This document shows positions 24,470 to 36,734 of a stretch of 64,000 nt of DNA, piece by piece. How positions within the stretch are numbered: position 1 is the stretch's first letter; every line of letters begins with the position of its first letter. The DNA is from Cetorhinus maximus (lineage: Eukaryota). The DNA is taken from contig NC_135900.1 of assembly GCF_964194155.1 (NCBI RefSeq), forward strand, positions 13,950,001-14,014,000, read 5' to 3'. The position numbers were made by a program, and so were the translations under genes. A model generated the notes under the pieces. That model ran no database searches. It worked only from the letters and a program-made list of their open reading frames with translations, and was not told where the DNA came from.

Positions 24470-25200
24470 AGTATTGCAAATTATTTACAACACAGAAGCA
24501 GTCCATTTGACCCAACTTGTCCATGCCAGTGGTTGTGCTCCACATGAGCCTCTTTCTACACTCCTTCATCTAACCCCATCAACAAATCCCTCTATTTGTT
24601 TTTTCCTCATGCGCTTATCTAGCTTCCTTTTCAATGTATCTATGCTGTTTACTTCAACTAATCCTTATGGTGAGGGAGGCCTTGTGGCACAATAGGTAGG
24701 GTCCCTGCCTCTGAGCCAGAAGCTGGGGATTGAAGTCCCACTCCAGGACTTGATGGCCAAGGAAGGTGCATTCATAACATGGCCAAACAGGCTGGGTGTC
24801 CACCTGTATATCCTCCCAACACACACCAATGGCTGGTCAGCCATGAGTCGGATATTGGAGCATCTGCCAACACTATTCATAGCTCTGGACTACAACATGC
24901 ATGTAAAAGCCCATGTTGCCACAGCAACTTGGACTCCTTGTGGGGCCAGTTGGTTGGATGGCTAGTGTGGACCAGGTTGGTGCCAACAGCATGGGATTCG
25001 ATCCCCATTCTGGCCGAGGTGGATTCAGGACCTGCCTCTTGGCCCTAGCCATTATGTGGGTCTTGGTGCTGTGGATCAGACCCGCCTTGCGCCAGGGAAC
25101 TGAAGAAGAAGAATCCATGTGACAGCGGATTGCACATTCTGACCACCCCCTGGGTAAAGAACATTCATCTGAACTTCCTTTTAGATTTGGCTATTACTAT
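24470..25200. mobile_element. CR1 3' fragment (minus) interrupted by tRNA-derived SINE(s) (plus, ~24675-25120)
   Basis: tRNA-like heads 'gtggcacaataggtagggtccctgcctctgagccag' and 'gggattcgatcccc'; CR1 resumes at ~25125. Confidence 0.55.
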
Positions 25201-25462
25201 TTTAGTTTGCATGAGAGTTAGAGTGTTCCACTGTGCAGTGCCTTCTTTTGAGCCTTCACATGGCTTGTGCACAAGGAAAACTCCAGTGATCACAGGCCAA
25301 GGAAGGGATGTGGCATTCCTGGTGAGGATGGATTCCCTGTTTGAAAAGACAGGAGTTGTGGTGATTTAAAGACCAAAGAATTGCCATAGGGTACCTTGCT
25401 ATTGGAAATGCATTTGGTTACTCCCAGAAGATTGAGTGAAAGGTCCATTTGAAATAGGATGC

Positions 25463-25729
25463 TGTTGTGTGTTCAGTAGGCCTCACGAAGAGGTTCTGAG
25501 TCTTGTATGGTTGAACATTGAGTGTTTATTGATAGCACATAACTATACACATATATACAGGATATAGCTCAAGCTACAAGCTAACTCCATGCTTGTTTCT
25601 ACATTGGTCTTTGACCAGTCCACAACTGACCCTAGTCTCAGGTCATGTGTCTCTTTACATCACACTGTGGGCGGTACTGTTTTCCAGTCCCATATTAACC
25701 CTTGCTATGCCAGATACCGTTATACTGCA
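25463..25729 (-). mobile_element. Solo LTR
   Basis: TG...CA termini with perfect 5-bp TSD gatgc (25458-25462 / 25730-25734); AATAAA on minus. Confidence 0.8.
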
Positions 25730-25999
25730 GATGCTGGATGATTCACCTTGGTGGGGCAGGGAGAAGAGAACCTGTTCAAGCTGGGAGGAACTTGCCTATA
25801 AGCCCACCTTTCTGCGGAGAGTGTGATGTAATATATAAATGTGGCAAAGTTAATGTGGAGCACCTTTTCTGTCGTTTAGTGTACCAGTTGCCAGCTAAGT
25901 AATATTTGGCTGATATTGATTTTAGTTTGTTTGTTACAAATAAATCCTTAAAACATGAAATCTTGTCATGCATCTGTCGCTCGGAAATTCATGTCTCTT

Positions 26000-26390
26000 T
26001 TTAAAAGTTATATGTCTTTATGGGGATGGTAAAAATAGTGAAATTATTTCCTCTGGCAGGGGAAATCAAGAACGAGGGTGGGGGTAGGTGGGTGGGTGGT
26101 GCATAATCTTAAAATTCAAGTTAGAGCAATTAGGAGGGAAATCAAGAAGCATGTTTTCACACAGAGGATAGTGGAACTCTGGAATTTTTTTACTGAGAAA
26201 GGCTATGAAAGCTGGAACAATTGGAGCTTTCAAGATTGGGATCGAAAGGTTTCTGTGAGGTAAAGTTTTGGGGGATGTGGAGTAAAGGCGGGAACTTGAA
26301 TTTGAGGGACTGATCAGCCAGGATCGAATTGAAGGGCGGGGCAGGCTTGAGGGGCTGAATGGCCTCCTCTTGTGTATATGTTCCTTTTTC
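26000..26390 (+). mobile_element. CR1 3' fragment
   Basis: ORF 26078-26263 ...KKHVFTQRIVELWN; CR1 tail. Confidence 0.8.
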
Positions 26391-27024
26391 TTTTTTGTGC
26401 TGTTATTTGAAAAGTGAAAAATGATGTCGTTGCTGGAGGGGCAAGTTGTACTTTGCCTCCTCTGTAGGAGCAATACACGGCTGCGTTATTTCCACTACGG
26501 ATACTACTATCTGCAAATTATTGGTCTGTGTTTGTTCTAAATGCTGCTCTGGGAATTAATGTGATTGGCATTTAAAAGGCCCACTGTGCATAACAATCTA
26601 TAAAAATCTGGATTCCTAGTAGTTAACATACAAATCATTGAAAAGGTTCAGAGCCACCAACTGAAAACTAGATTTATTCAGTCACTTCTTAAAAAAACAT
26701 TCAATAGATAATTCCGGAAACAGATGAGCATGCGTAGCTTTTCCAATAGCAGCCTTCGACTGTATCGAAGACCATTATTTTCTCATCAGGTCTCCTGAAA
26801 CAGGAGCTAAGTGCGTTACATATAAATGAGCTCCTGCCCACTCAAATCGAAGGGGTCCAGTGCTTCCCAGAAATATTTCCTGGAGATCACAATAAGTTCC
26901 TTAACTTCCATTCCGATTCCCCCTGTGTTTTGCTGGCGTGAACAGGGCAAGCCAAAGAATAGACACAATGGGGGTAGGTGTCTATTCCTGATTCCTGGTC
27001 ACCAAAACCTTTAGAGTGCTTATA

Positions 27025-27400
27025 CAAAAGAAAGAAAGGCTGCATTTATATAGCACCTGTCACAATCTCAGGATGTCCCAAAGCGCTTTACAACTAATGA
27101 ATTACTTGTGAACTACAGTTATTGTTGTAATGTGGGAGATTCCTCTGTACAATTGTTAAAGTGAGCAATGACGCAATTTTGTCAGGCGTTCCTGTGCTGT
27201 ACTAAGGGGATGTTAAGCCGATGTCTCCTGCATGGATGTAAAAGGCCCCATGGTGCTATTTCAAGGGAGAGCAGGGGAGCTGTTCCTGGTCTCCTGGCCA
27301 ATATTTATCCTTCAACCAACATTGTTAAAACAGATTTTCTGGTCATTATCACATTGCTGTTTGTGAGAACTTGCTGGGTGCAAATTGGCTCCTCCATTTG
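27025..27400. mobile_element. Deu-SINE fragments in both orientations
   Basis: 'gcatttatatagcacc...ctcaggatgtcccaaagcgctttaca' (minus tail) and 'ggatgtaaaaggccccatggtgctatttc...ctggccaatatttatcc' (plus core). Confidence 0.65.
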
Positions 27401-27694
27401 CTTTTTAAAAGCTGAGTAAAATGCCAGCTTTTTTTTTTACAGTGAAGCATTCATACAGGAACAGTACAAAATGACAAATATAATTCAATTAAGTTGTTTT
27501 GTTTTGATTCACAGGAAAATATCAAATGTCCTGGTATGTTCACAATTTATCCTCATTATTTCCACTGTTTTGTTTCTCTTTACAGCTTTTTTTTTACTGA
27601 ACAATACTGTTCACTCTTTACACTTGTTCTTAAGATTTGGCCATCAATGTCCACTCCTGTATTTACTCCAAAGCCCAGATTTTCGCCATGTCTC

Positions 27695-27894
27695 TCCGCC
27701 GTGCTGAGATTTCTAAGTCCCGCCCCTGAACCTGACATTTCCCATCTTCAAGGGACTGGATTCAGGCCGGGGTTCACGTGTCGGTGAGTCACGGAGGCTG
27801 CTGGCCACTCAGACCGCCAGCTGCCTCCGCTGACTTCCGACCTCTGAACTCTAGCTGTGTGAATCCCGGAGTGCACGGAGCTGACCAGGTAAGA
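27695..27894 (+). promoter_or_regulatory. Candidate promoter / non-coding first exon
   Basis: CpG-retaining unique segment with GC box (27719-27726), E-box CACGTG (27775-27780), AP-1 TGAGTCA (27785-27791) and consensus donor CAG|GTAAGA (27886-27894). Confidence 0.4.
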
Positions 27895-27960
27895 GGACGT
27901 CTGACCTTGGTGGATTCTTTGGAGAGGTAAAATACCCCTCTGGATTGGGCCCCAGGACAT

Positions 27961-28785
27961 CATTTGGGTGAGGGAAAGCACCCTTTGGGAGAGGTAAGTC
28001 ACCATTTGGGAGAGGGAAGTCACTCTTTAGGAGAGGGAAGGCACCCTTTGGGAGAGGGAAGTCACTCTTTAGGAGAGGGAAGTCACTCTTTAGGAGAGGG
28101 AAGGCACCCTTTGGGAGAGGGAAGTCACCCTTTGAGAGAGGGAAGTCACCATTTGGGAGAGGGAAGTCACCATTTGGGAGAGGGAAGTCACCATTTGGGA
28201 GAGGGAAGTCACCCTTTGGGAGAGGGAAGTCACCATTTGGCAGAGGGAAGTCACCCTTTGGGAGAGGCAAAGCACCCTATTGGAGATGTGTCACCATTTG
28301 GGAGAGGTTAATTACCATTTGGGAGAGGGAAGTCACCCTTTGGGAGAGGGAAGTCACTCTTTAGGAGAGGGAAGGCACCCTTTGGGAGAGGGAAGTCACC
28401 CTTTGAGAGAGGGAAGTCACCATTTGGGAGAGGGAAGTCACCCTTTGAGAGAGGGAAGTCACCATTTGGGAGAGGGAAGTCACCATTTGGGAGAGGGAAG
28501 TCACTCTTTAGGAGAGGGAAGGCACCCTTTGAGAGAGGGAAGTCACCATTTGGGAGAGGGAAGTCACCATTTGGGTGAGGGAAGGCACCCTTTGAGAGAG
28601 GGAAGTCACCATTTGGGAGAGGGAAGTCACCATTTGGGAGAGGGAAGTCACTCTTTAGGAGAGGGAAGGCACCCTTTGGGAGAGGGAAGTCACCCTTTGA
28701 GAGAGGGAAGTCACCATTTGGGAGAGGGAAGTCACCATTTGGGTGAGGGAAGGCACCCTTTGGGTGAGGGAAGGCATCCTTTGGG
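27961..28785. repeat. 21-bp minisatellite (VNTR), ~39 units, consensus TTGGGAGAGGGAAGTCACC(A/C)T
   Basis: Direct tandem repeats seen in the sequence; produces the LGEGSHH / DFPLPNG repeat ORFs. Confidence 0.97.
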
Positions 28786-29749
28786 ATTGTCAGAATTAAA
28801 CATGATTATGCATATTTTATGCACAAACTCATTTTTCATTTGGTTCATAGCATGTGGGTAACATTATAGAGTTTGGCATTTAATGCCTATCTCAAATCAT
28901 CCTGAGAAAGTGATGGTTGGCTTTCTGACACTGCATCTCATGTGGTGATGGTGATGGTGCTACTCCCATGTTGCTGGACAGAGATTTCAGGATTTTCACT
29001 TGGTAACAATGAATGAACAATGATGTATGGCAACGTTAGTTTGGCCTGTGACTTTGAGGGTAATTTAGAGATGACTGTTTTATTCTTGTGTATTTTTAAT
29101 AAGAATATTAAGCATAGGATTTATTTGTTCATTTATTCATTCATGGAAATGGGCATTGCTTGCAAGCCAGCAATCATTGTCCTTCCTAAGCTGCCCTTAA
29201 GAAAATGGTGGTAAGGCAACTTCTTGAACTGCTGCAGTCCGTATGATGTAGAGGGAGGGAGTTCCAGGAACAATGAAATAATGAATCACAATATATGTCT
29301 AAATCAGGATGTTGTTTGGCTTTGAGAGGAACTTCCAGGCAACTGTGTCCCCACGCTCCTGCTGTCCTTGCCCTTCTAGGTGGTAGGGATCATGAGTTTG
29401 GGAGGTGCCGTCAAAATTGCATTGATTTAGTGCCTCAGAATGTCCAGTGCACTCCATAGCCAAGGCATTGCACTTGAATTGTGGTCATTGCTGCCAAGTA
29501 GGTAAAAATGTCTGCCAATTTACTCGGAAGCAAGATCTTACAATCAGCAAATGAAATAAAGGTGTAGTTAATGTGCAATCCTGGAACTTATCCACATTGT
29601 GAACACACCAATGATGTTTCCTTGAAATTACATTTTTATTTAAAGCTAGCAGCTTGAAACCAGTGTGAAGCTGCATTATGAAACAAGTGAACCCTATGCT
29701 GTTGAAGAATCTCAAAGTAAATGTCAGGTACAAATGTGTGGAGCTTATG

Positions 29750-29885
29750 CCATGTATAAGGGATATGGGGACAGTGTGGAAAGGTGGAGTTAAGGTCGAA
29801 GGTCCACCCTGATCTTATTGAATGGCGGAGCAGGCTCAAAGGGCCGAATGGCCTACTCCTGCTCCTATTTCTTAATTATGTTCGT
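29750..29885 (+). mobile_element. CR1 3' UTR fragment
   Basis: 'gatcttattgaatggcggagcaggctcaaagggccgaatggcctactcctgctcctatttctt'. Confidence 0.85.
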
Positions 29886-30549
29886 ATTCCACCAAGTTGG
29901 CCCAGCTCATGAGCTGCCTAATCAGGGTACCTCTGCCTAGTTGAATTCTTACCTCTCTGTATTTTCAGCTCCCACCCTTTTGGGTCACTAGAGCTGCATT
30001 CCATCCCATTCTCACTGAAGCCTGAAAAAAATTCGTATTGTTCAAGGGACAATTTGTCCCCTTCCATGGCTCTGTGGGAGAAACACACTGACAGTGTGTG
30101 TGTGTGTGGCATCTCTGAGCATGATCAGCTGACTAATGAGGTTGTCCCACTGAAATTAAATTGTCCTTCGCTGAGAGAAGCTTGTTCCCCTTGGAAAGCT
30201 GCAGCCAATTTGAAAAGAGGGATTAGTTGTGCACTGCGGAAAGTTGTACACAGTCTGTCAGCAGAAGGCAATAAGTTAATTCAATTATTCGTTTCTAAAT
30301 GAGAATGAAAGTGCCAAGAGTAAACAAACAAACTAACGGATCAAAAACACTGCTACATGAGGTACAATCACTTTCTGCATCCGTGCTTTTCCAATTAACT
30401 CTCTTTTTGCAATTAATTTTTGCAAGTGTGAGATTATCCACTTTAAATCCAAAAGAAACAAATATTCAAAGTGGTGAGAAACTAGGAGCTGCGGAGCAGC
30501 AAAGAGGCTCGGTGTCAATGACCACAAATCACTAAACATTAAGGGACAC

Positions 30550-31840
30550 GCACAAAAAAAAAGTATCCAGATGGCTAATGGGATGTTAATCTTTATCTCA
30601 AGGAGGCTCGAGGGGCAAGTGGGTTATGCGACCATCATACAAAACCTTCATCAAACTCCGTCAGGAGTAAAGCATTCAGTTCTGGGCACTACGCCTCAGG
30701 AAGGGGAGAAAAATGGGCATGGAGGGGGTAAACACTGAGGCTTAACGGGATGAATTATGAGGACAGGTTGTATAACTATGGGCAGAATTTTGCCCTCGTC
30801 GGGCGGGCGGGCTCAGGGGCAGTTGTGACATGGGTTTCACGCTGGCTGGCCGACTAACGGCCATTAATTGGTCAGCCAGTGTGAAAAGCGCGCTGCAGCG
30901 CTCAACGTTGCCGGGGTGGAGGGGGGCGGGAGGAGCGCAAGCGCCGATGTTCCTGCATGCTGGGGGGGGTGGGGGAGGGGGGCGGGGGGGGTGCGCAGTT
31001 AAAGCTCCCTGAGGCACAAAGCTGGCTTCAGCGAGCTGAAGATTTTTATCAATACAAATAAAGAATTTTAAAATAATGAACACCTTTCCCCTCACGTGAC
31101 TCCGTCACATGAGCAAGGACAGGTAAAATACGAGTGTAAAATTTTTTATTTTTTTTAAATCACTGGGCGAAACCTCATCCCGCCCTTGGATGATGTTTAG
31201 GCCAAAAAATGGCGAAGGCCGCTTGGCCTTTTCGCCCACCCGCCCACCGAATGGTTCGACGGGCAGTGAAAAGTTCCAAACAACTAGTTGACTAAGGGCC
31301 TTACTAGGCCGCTTAATTGTTGGCGGGCGCACTGTCAGCTCCCGTGCGTGCCTGCCGAACAAAATATCGCGTGTTATTTTATGCTCATTTGGGTCAGGCC
31401 TGTGCCCACCTGACGAGCGCAATATTCTGCTCTATGGCTTGTGTTTCCTTGCATTTAGCGGATTAAGAGGTGATTTAATTGAGGCACTTGAAATGATAAA
31501 ATGACTCGAGAGGGTAGACGCAAGGAAACCATTCCGCCTGGTGGGGGATTCAGCCAGACCGAAGGCACATTATCTTAAAATTGGAGTGAAATGAAGAAGC
31601 ATTTCTTCACACAACAGGCCGTAGAAATCTGTAACTCTTTCCTCTAAAATGTTCCGGAAGATAGGCCAATTGACATTTTCAACTTGGAGGTCATAAGATT
31701 TTTGGTAGGTCAGGCTACCAAGGGGGTTGGAGGCAAAGGCGGGTAAAAGGGGTTGAGGGGCGGATCAGCCCTGTTTGACTTGAATGGTGGAACAAGGCTT
31801 GAGGGGCCGAATGGCTTCCTCCTGTTCCGATGTTCCTATT
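30550..31840 (+). mobile_element. Old CR1 fragment interrupted by a MITE
   Basis: 'gcattcagttctgggcac', 'ttatgaggacaggttg', CR1 tail at ~31760-31840. Confidence 0.75.
30780..31432. mobile_element. Harbinger-type MITE, full length
   Basis: TIR gggcagaatttt / aatattctgctc with 3-bp TSD tat. Confidence 0.85.
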
Positions 31841-33329
31841 TTTGGCGTGTTGCATTTTAAATGAAGCTACTCTCCACACTGAGGATTTAGAAGTCAATTG
31901 GACTGATGCTATAACACAGCAAATCAACGTACCAAATGCATTCAAATGCTGCAGAGAGAGAGAGGTCAAAGCTCAAGACTTGCAATTTTATTCCATTGAT
32001 TGGCGGTAGCTTTTTTAGTGCAGCCTGCAGTTGTACAGTTGACGTACAGTGAACGAAGGAAACCATTAAGGTTAAGTGACAATTTATAACTGGGGAGAAC
32101 ACTTTTTGTTTATCCCTTGAAAGGTCACAAGCAATAGCGCTCGTGTAATGGCAACTGTGTTGTTACGATTAACCATTAGCCAACGACTCCATTATCATTG
32201 TATCATGTGGCTAACAGGGTGGTAGAAGGTGAACTAGACAGGCCTGCGTCCTTTCCTAGCAATTCCTATGTTAACTACCCGCAGAGCAAAAAGCACCTGC
32301 TCCCCCTTAAGATTAAATAGGTAGTCTGTCCAAACGTGATCGATGTTTCAGCAAAGTCACCGGTTACACTGCACCATGTATAGCCGCAGATGTCACAGAG
32401 CAAACACACAGGACAGTTATGGTCAGTCAATATCACAAACGACAGTCATATCCCCCAGCACTGCCCTTGTAGTGGAGATACTCGCTCAGTTGGACGTTTC
32501 AAGAGAAAAGGATTTTTAAAGCTGTATCACCTTTACAATGTCAATCTACCATTGTCGTGCTGCACTGGTAGAATCGTGGGCTCGCAATTTCCTCGGACAC
32601 CTTGGTAGACAGCAAGTATTTTTGACAGGGACGAATGGAAGCCGAGGGGTTGGGCTATGACCTGGTGGGCTCGGTCTTTGCTCCATATGTGGAATTTTCT
32701 GTGATCTTTGAAGCAGGGCCAACCACGAGTCAGAAGTGGTGGTGGAACGTTCTCCACTTGCCTGGGTGAGTGCAGCTCCCAACAACGTTCAAGGTGCTCA
32801 ACACCATCCAGGACAAATTCATCAATTGGACTGACGCCATAACACAGCAAATCATCATAGCAAATGCAACAGAGAGAGAGAGGTCAAAGTTCAAGGCTTG
32901 CGGTTTTATCCCATTGATTGGCGGTAGCTTTTTTTTTAGAACAAACTAGCTCGTTCGACATCCCATCCACCACTTTAAACATTCACTCCCTCCACCGCCA
33001 GGGGAATGTGGCAGCCATGTGTTATCATCGACTAGATTCACTGCAGCACCTCACCGAGGCTCCTTCAACAGCACTTTCCAAACCTGCGATCTCTTCACTG
33101 TCGCTGTATCGAAATCCTGGAACTCCCTTTCTAACAGCGCTGCGGGTGTACCTACGCCACATGGACTGCAGCGGTTCAAAAAAGGTGGTTCACTGCCACT
33201 TTCACAGGGGCAATTAGGGATGGGCAATAAATGCTGGGCCTTGCGTGTGACACTCGCACCCTGTGAATGAATTATAAAAAAAACTTATTTCTTCTTTCTT
33301 TCAACCCCTCTACCTGAAATTGTAATATA

Positions 33330-34330
33330 GTCGACGGCACAGTTCAGCCCAGAAATGTGGACTGATGCCAGGGGCACAAAATCCAAACGTGTGGTGCCGC
33401 TGAAGATCTCCCTGGCTTCGCTGGAGGCCGGGTGCACTACTGAGCACCATGAGCATGACCTTCGCAGGATTTGCCAGGGATATGGGCACACACAGCTGAG
33501 TGCCCTTCATGTGCCCAAACACATTGAATTGGCACCATCCTGCTGTAACACAGCCAACGTGGGTCAGGATACCACAACTGGACAACACCTGCATTGTCCA
33601 CTCCTGAGCAAAGCAGCAGGAAGCAGCCAAATAGGCCCCGCAGTGGTGTTCTTAAAAGAGCCAGACACCCTGATTGCAGATGAGCTGAAGTTTGTACCTG
33701 TTCCTCCTGCAAAGCCCCTGGAGGTATTGCCTTGAGTTGCTGCATCCTTACAGGGATGTAGTATGGATACAGGAGAACGTAACCTGTGCAAACAAAAGCT
33801 GCAACAGGGATGGGGGCAGCAGTGCCAGTCCCTCTGGGTCTACGGGAGGGAAACGGAGCGGATGCCGTGGCGAGGGCAAACTTGCTGCCATCCCCCTGCC
33901 AAGTTGGAGCCGGACTCCTCCATGCTCCTTGGCAGTGACAGGGGATTGCTTGGTAGGTCAGTAATGTGCCCAGCATCTCGGTATGCATATCCGTCAACAC
34001 TCTCCTGTGTGGTGCCCCATTGATGTCCTTATCTGAGTCCCCTGTAGCATGACTTTCCTTCCTCGCCTTCCAGTGAGCTGGCAAGTGAACCATCTTTACC
34101 CCTGGCCTGCTTACAGCCCACTTTGTGCCTAGCGAATCACCATGTGCTGATCCCAATGCTATACAAATCCCCAAGGTAAGAGCAGTTCCAATATCTGTGT
34201 TGAGCGCCACATCAAGCGATGGTACTTCTTCACCAATGCTGTACTGTTACTCTCCTTCCTCCTCCTGAGGCTCCTGTGTCTCGGTAGGTGATAGTTCCTA
34301 GGTGTCTGAAGGCAGAAACTCAGAAAGGGG
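33330..34330 (-). mobile_element. Remnant of a Harbinger Myb/SANT accessory gene, C-terminal region
   Basis: ORF 33437-34210 resembles in composition and layout the 63060-64000 segment; degenerate. Confidence 0.45.
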
Positions 34331-34559
34331 AGGTTCATGTGAGGGAAAGGGGGTCGGGATGGGAAGCAAGAGGTCCATGGTCACAACATCTGCAGCTTGG
34401 TCATCATGCTAGATAGCAGAATAAGGGTGTGCTGGAAGTTGAGAAGGGACATAAGGCAGGAAGATGCCATAATCCTCCATGTTCTCAATGATATTGGATG
34501 CTACAGCCCTGATGTTGAGAACCATCTCCACTGTAGGACTTAGGAGAAGCAGATGTTCC

Positions 34560-35150
34560 CACACCATTCCTTCAGTCATATGTTGACTTTCCTAATCTGT
34601 TTCTCCTGAAGCTAATATGTAAGTTCAGGTAATAATAATAATAAGATTATTAGCTGTGAGGTCATGCTTTTCAGTTTAGCTTCTAATTCCTGATACTCTC
34701 TTAGCAGCACCTCTTCCATAACCTTGCTTATTTCATTGGTTCCAATATGGAGCATGAGGATCATCTCCCTCCCTTTGCAAATTCTTTTCCACCATTTCAG
34801 GGTGCTCTTTTTCCTGACACTAACTAGGCAACATACCCTTCCGGACTCTCAAACTTGAATGCAAATAATACTATATTCCTCTAATGATATAACCCCCATG
34901 GTTACAACCTTCCTTCTCTCTGCCTCCTCCCCTTAGACTGGCCCTTGCTCTGTGGTCCTTTGGTCAACATTCTGGCTGTCCTCTCCACACCTTATCCTCA
35001 CAGGGATCAAATCCCCTGACCTTGGAGGACAGGAGCTGGAATTCCTTCACGACTGTGCATATATTTCCCTTCACCTGACAGTCACACTGCCTCCTGCATG
35101 TGGCATGTGACTGCACACTAGAGTAAATTATCCAGTGCTTCCTATGTATC
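34560..35150 (-). mobile_element. CR1 ORF1 (SGNH-esterase-like) remnant
   Basis: Minus strand encodes VCCL...LHIGTNE-like motifs. Confidence 0.45.
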
Positions 35151-35229
35151 GGAGTGCCTTCAGGCAGTCACAGAGGGTGGAATCATCCCAGATTTTTGTA
35201 AAGTGTGGTAGCTGGGAGGAGATAAGTTG

Positions 35230-36362
35230 TTTTAGCCGCCAGCCACAATGGTGGGTTTTTGCGCTGTATCGTCCCATTTCCACCTCATTAATTACGCAGC
35301 CACAGGAAACATACCCGTCTCGCTGGCAGGTGGCCTCTGATTTGTCCGCTACGCCGTTACCTCGCCAGGTGCCATATTTAAACTGCAGCTGCGCGCACAC
35401 TTCTCAATGCTTGTAGCTTGGCCAAAAGCCAAGAAGAGCAGCCCCCCCCCACCAATTCAGTGACGCACCCCTGGGATGTCTTCTGGACATCACGGAGGCC
35501 TAGTGGATGTTTTCCACCCCCTCTCGGGCTGCAGGAGGTCCAGCAATCTCACCACTCTGCCTTGGGAGGCGATGGCAGAGGTGGTCAGTATTAATGCTGC
35601 ACACAAGAGGTTGGCTATCCAGTGCAGAAAGAGGATGAATGATCTCATCCATGCTGCCAGGGTTAGGCAACTATCTCATTTCTCTAAACTCACATACTCA
35701 CCAGCACCTTTACACATTCACTGGCATCTCACCCACTGCCAGCACAAGGGACATCACATCACCACTCACCCTCTCACACACACCCTCACATCTCCATCTG
35801 GCGTCATCTCCCCTGGAGACTGCCTCCTCAGCCCTCACCATCTTGAGGTCACTTACACGGATCAACATGTGCCCCCACACACACACCCTGGGATACCCCT
35901 CTTCCCCAGAACAAGCCTCTTCCCTGGCCTGCGGCCACTTCCCCCCCTTCCCCAAGCAAGCCCTTTCCCGGCAGCCATTGAAAAGCTACCCCCGCCTTAT
36001 GGTTGCTCTGGTAGGTGGAGACCTGTCAGTGAGCCCCCACTAAAAGTGATGTAGTGCTGCCTGGCACTGGTGACTATGAGTGCCGACTGAAGCGAGGTAG
36101 GCAAACGAACCTCGATGTCCTGAGTGAATTGCAGCACGCCCGGATGACAGAGGCTGGGTGGCTGATTCCAGCGATGCTAAAGTATTGAAATTAGGTTCCT
36201 GATGTGCGGCGGCTAGAAACGCAGCCCGCCATTGACGGGTGGAGCGGACGATCGCAAACTGATTTTACGATGGCGAGAAACTGACTTTTGGCCTTCTCAC
36301 CATATTGCTCCTCCCCTGCCACCGGCCGCCATGACGCCCAATGCCAATGAGGCCAGAAAATA
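35230..36362 (+). mobile_element. Non-autonomous Harbinger derivative retaining the Myb/SANT exon
   Basis: TTLPWEAMAEVVSINAAHKRLAIQCRKRMNDLIHAAR (MSANTD-type W..QCRKRMNDL motif); homologous to 43690-44347 plus 50635-50838. Confidence 0.8.
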
Positions 36363-36734
36363 TAATGTGCGTATGGAGAAGCCTGGAAGAGTCTCGTTGT
36401 TAGAATGGCTACGACTACAGTTCTGATACACTACCTGAACTGCCAAGTTTTTAATGAATTAATTTACTTATGAGTACCTGTAGTTTAATCGTTGACATAA
36501 TTGGTCACTTAAGAGCTAGATTTATTAAATAGGCAGACTTAGTTTGATGTAAAATAATTTGAAATTATTTCCTATGATTAATTACTCAGCGACTTGACAA
36601 TTATTAGTGTCTTTAAATACAATTTAATCACCTTGACTTGCACTTGCCTGCACTAATATACTTACAAACTCAAGTTTAACACCAACCATTAAAAATACTA
36701 AACACACAAAGGGACATCTGGATACATGCCTAGT

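Noticed and set aside
27851-28861. His-rich (LGEGSHH)n and (DFPLPNG)n ORFs as real proteins, or the array as a CRISPR
   Set aside because: A 21-bp unit without stops gives open frames on both strands. There are no unique spacers or cas genes, and the context is a vertebrate genome.
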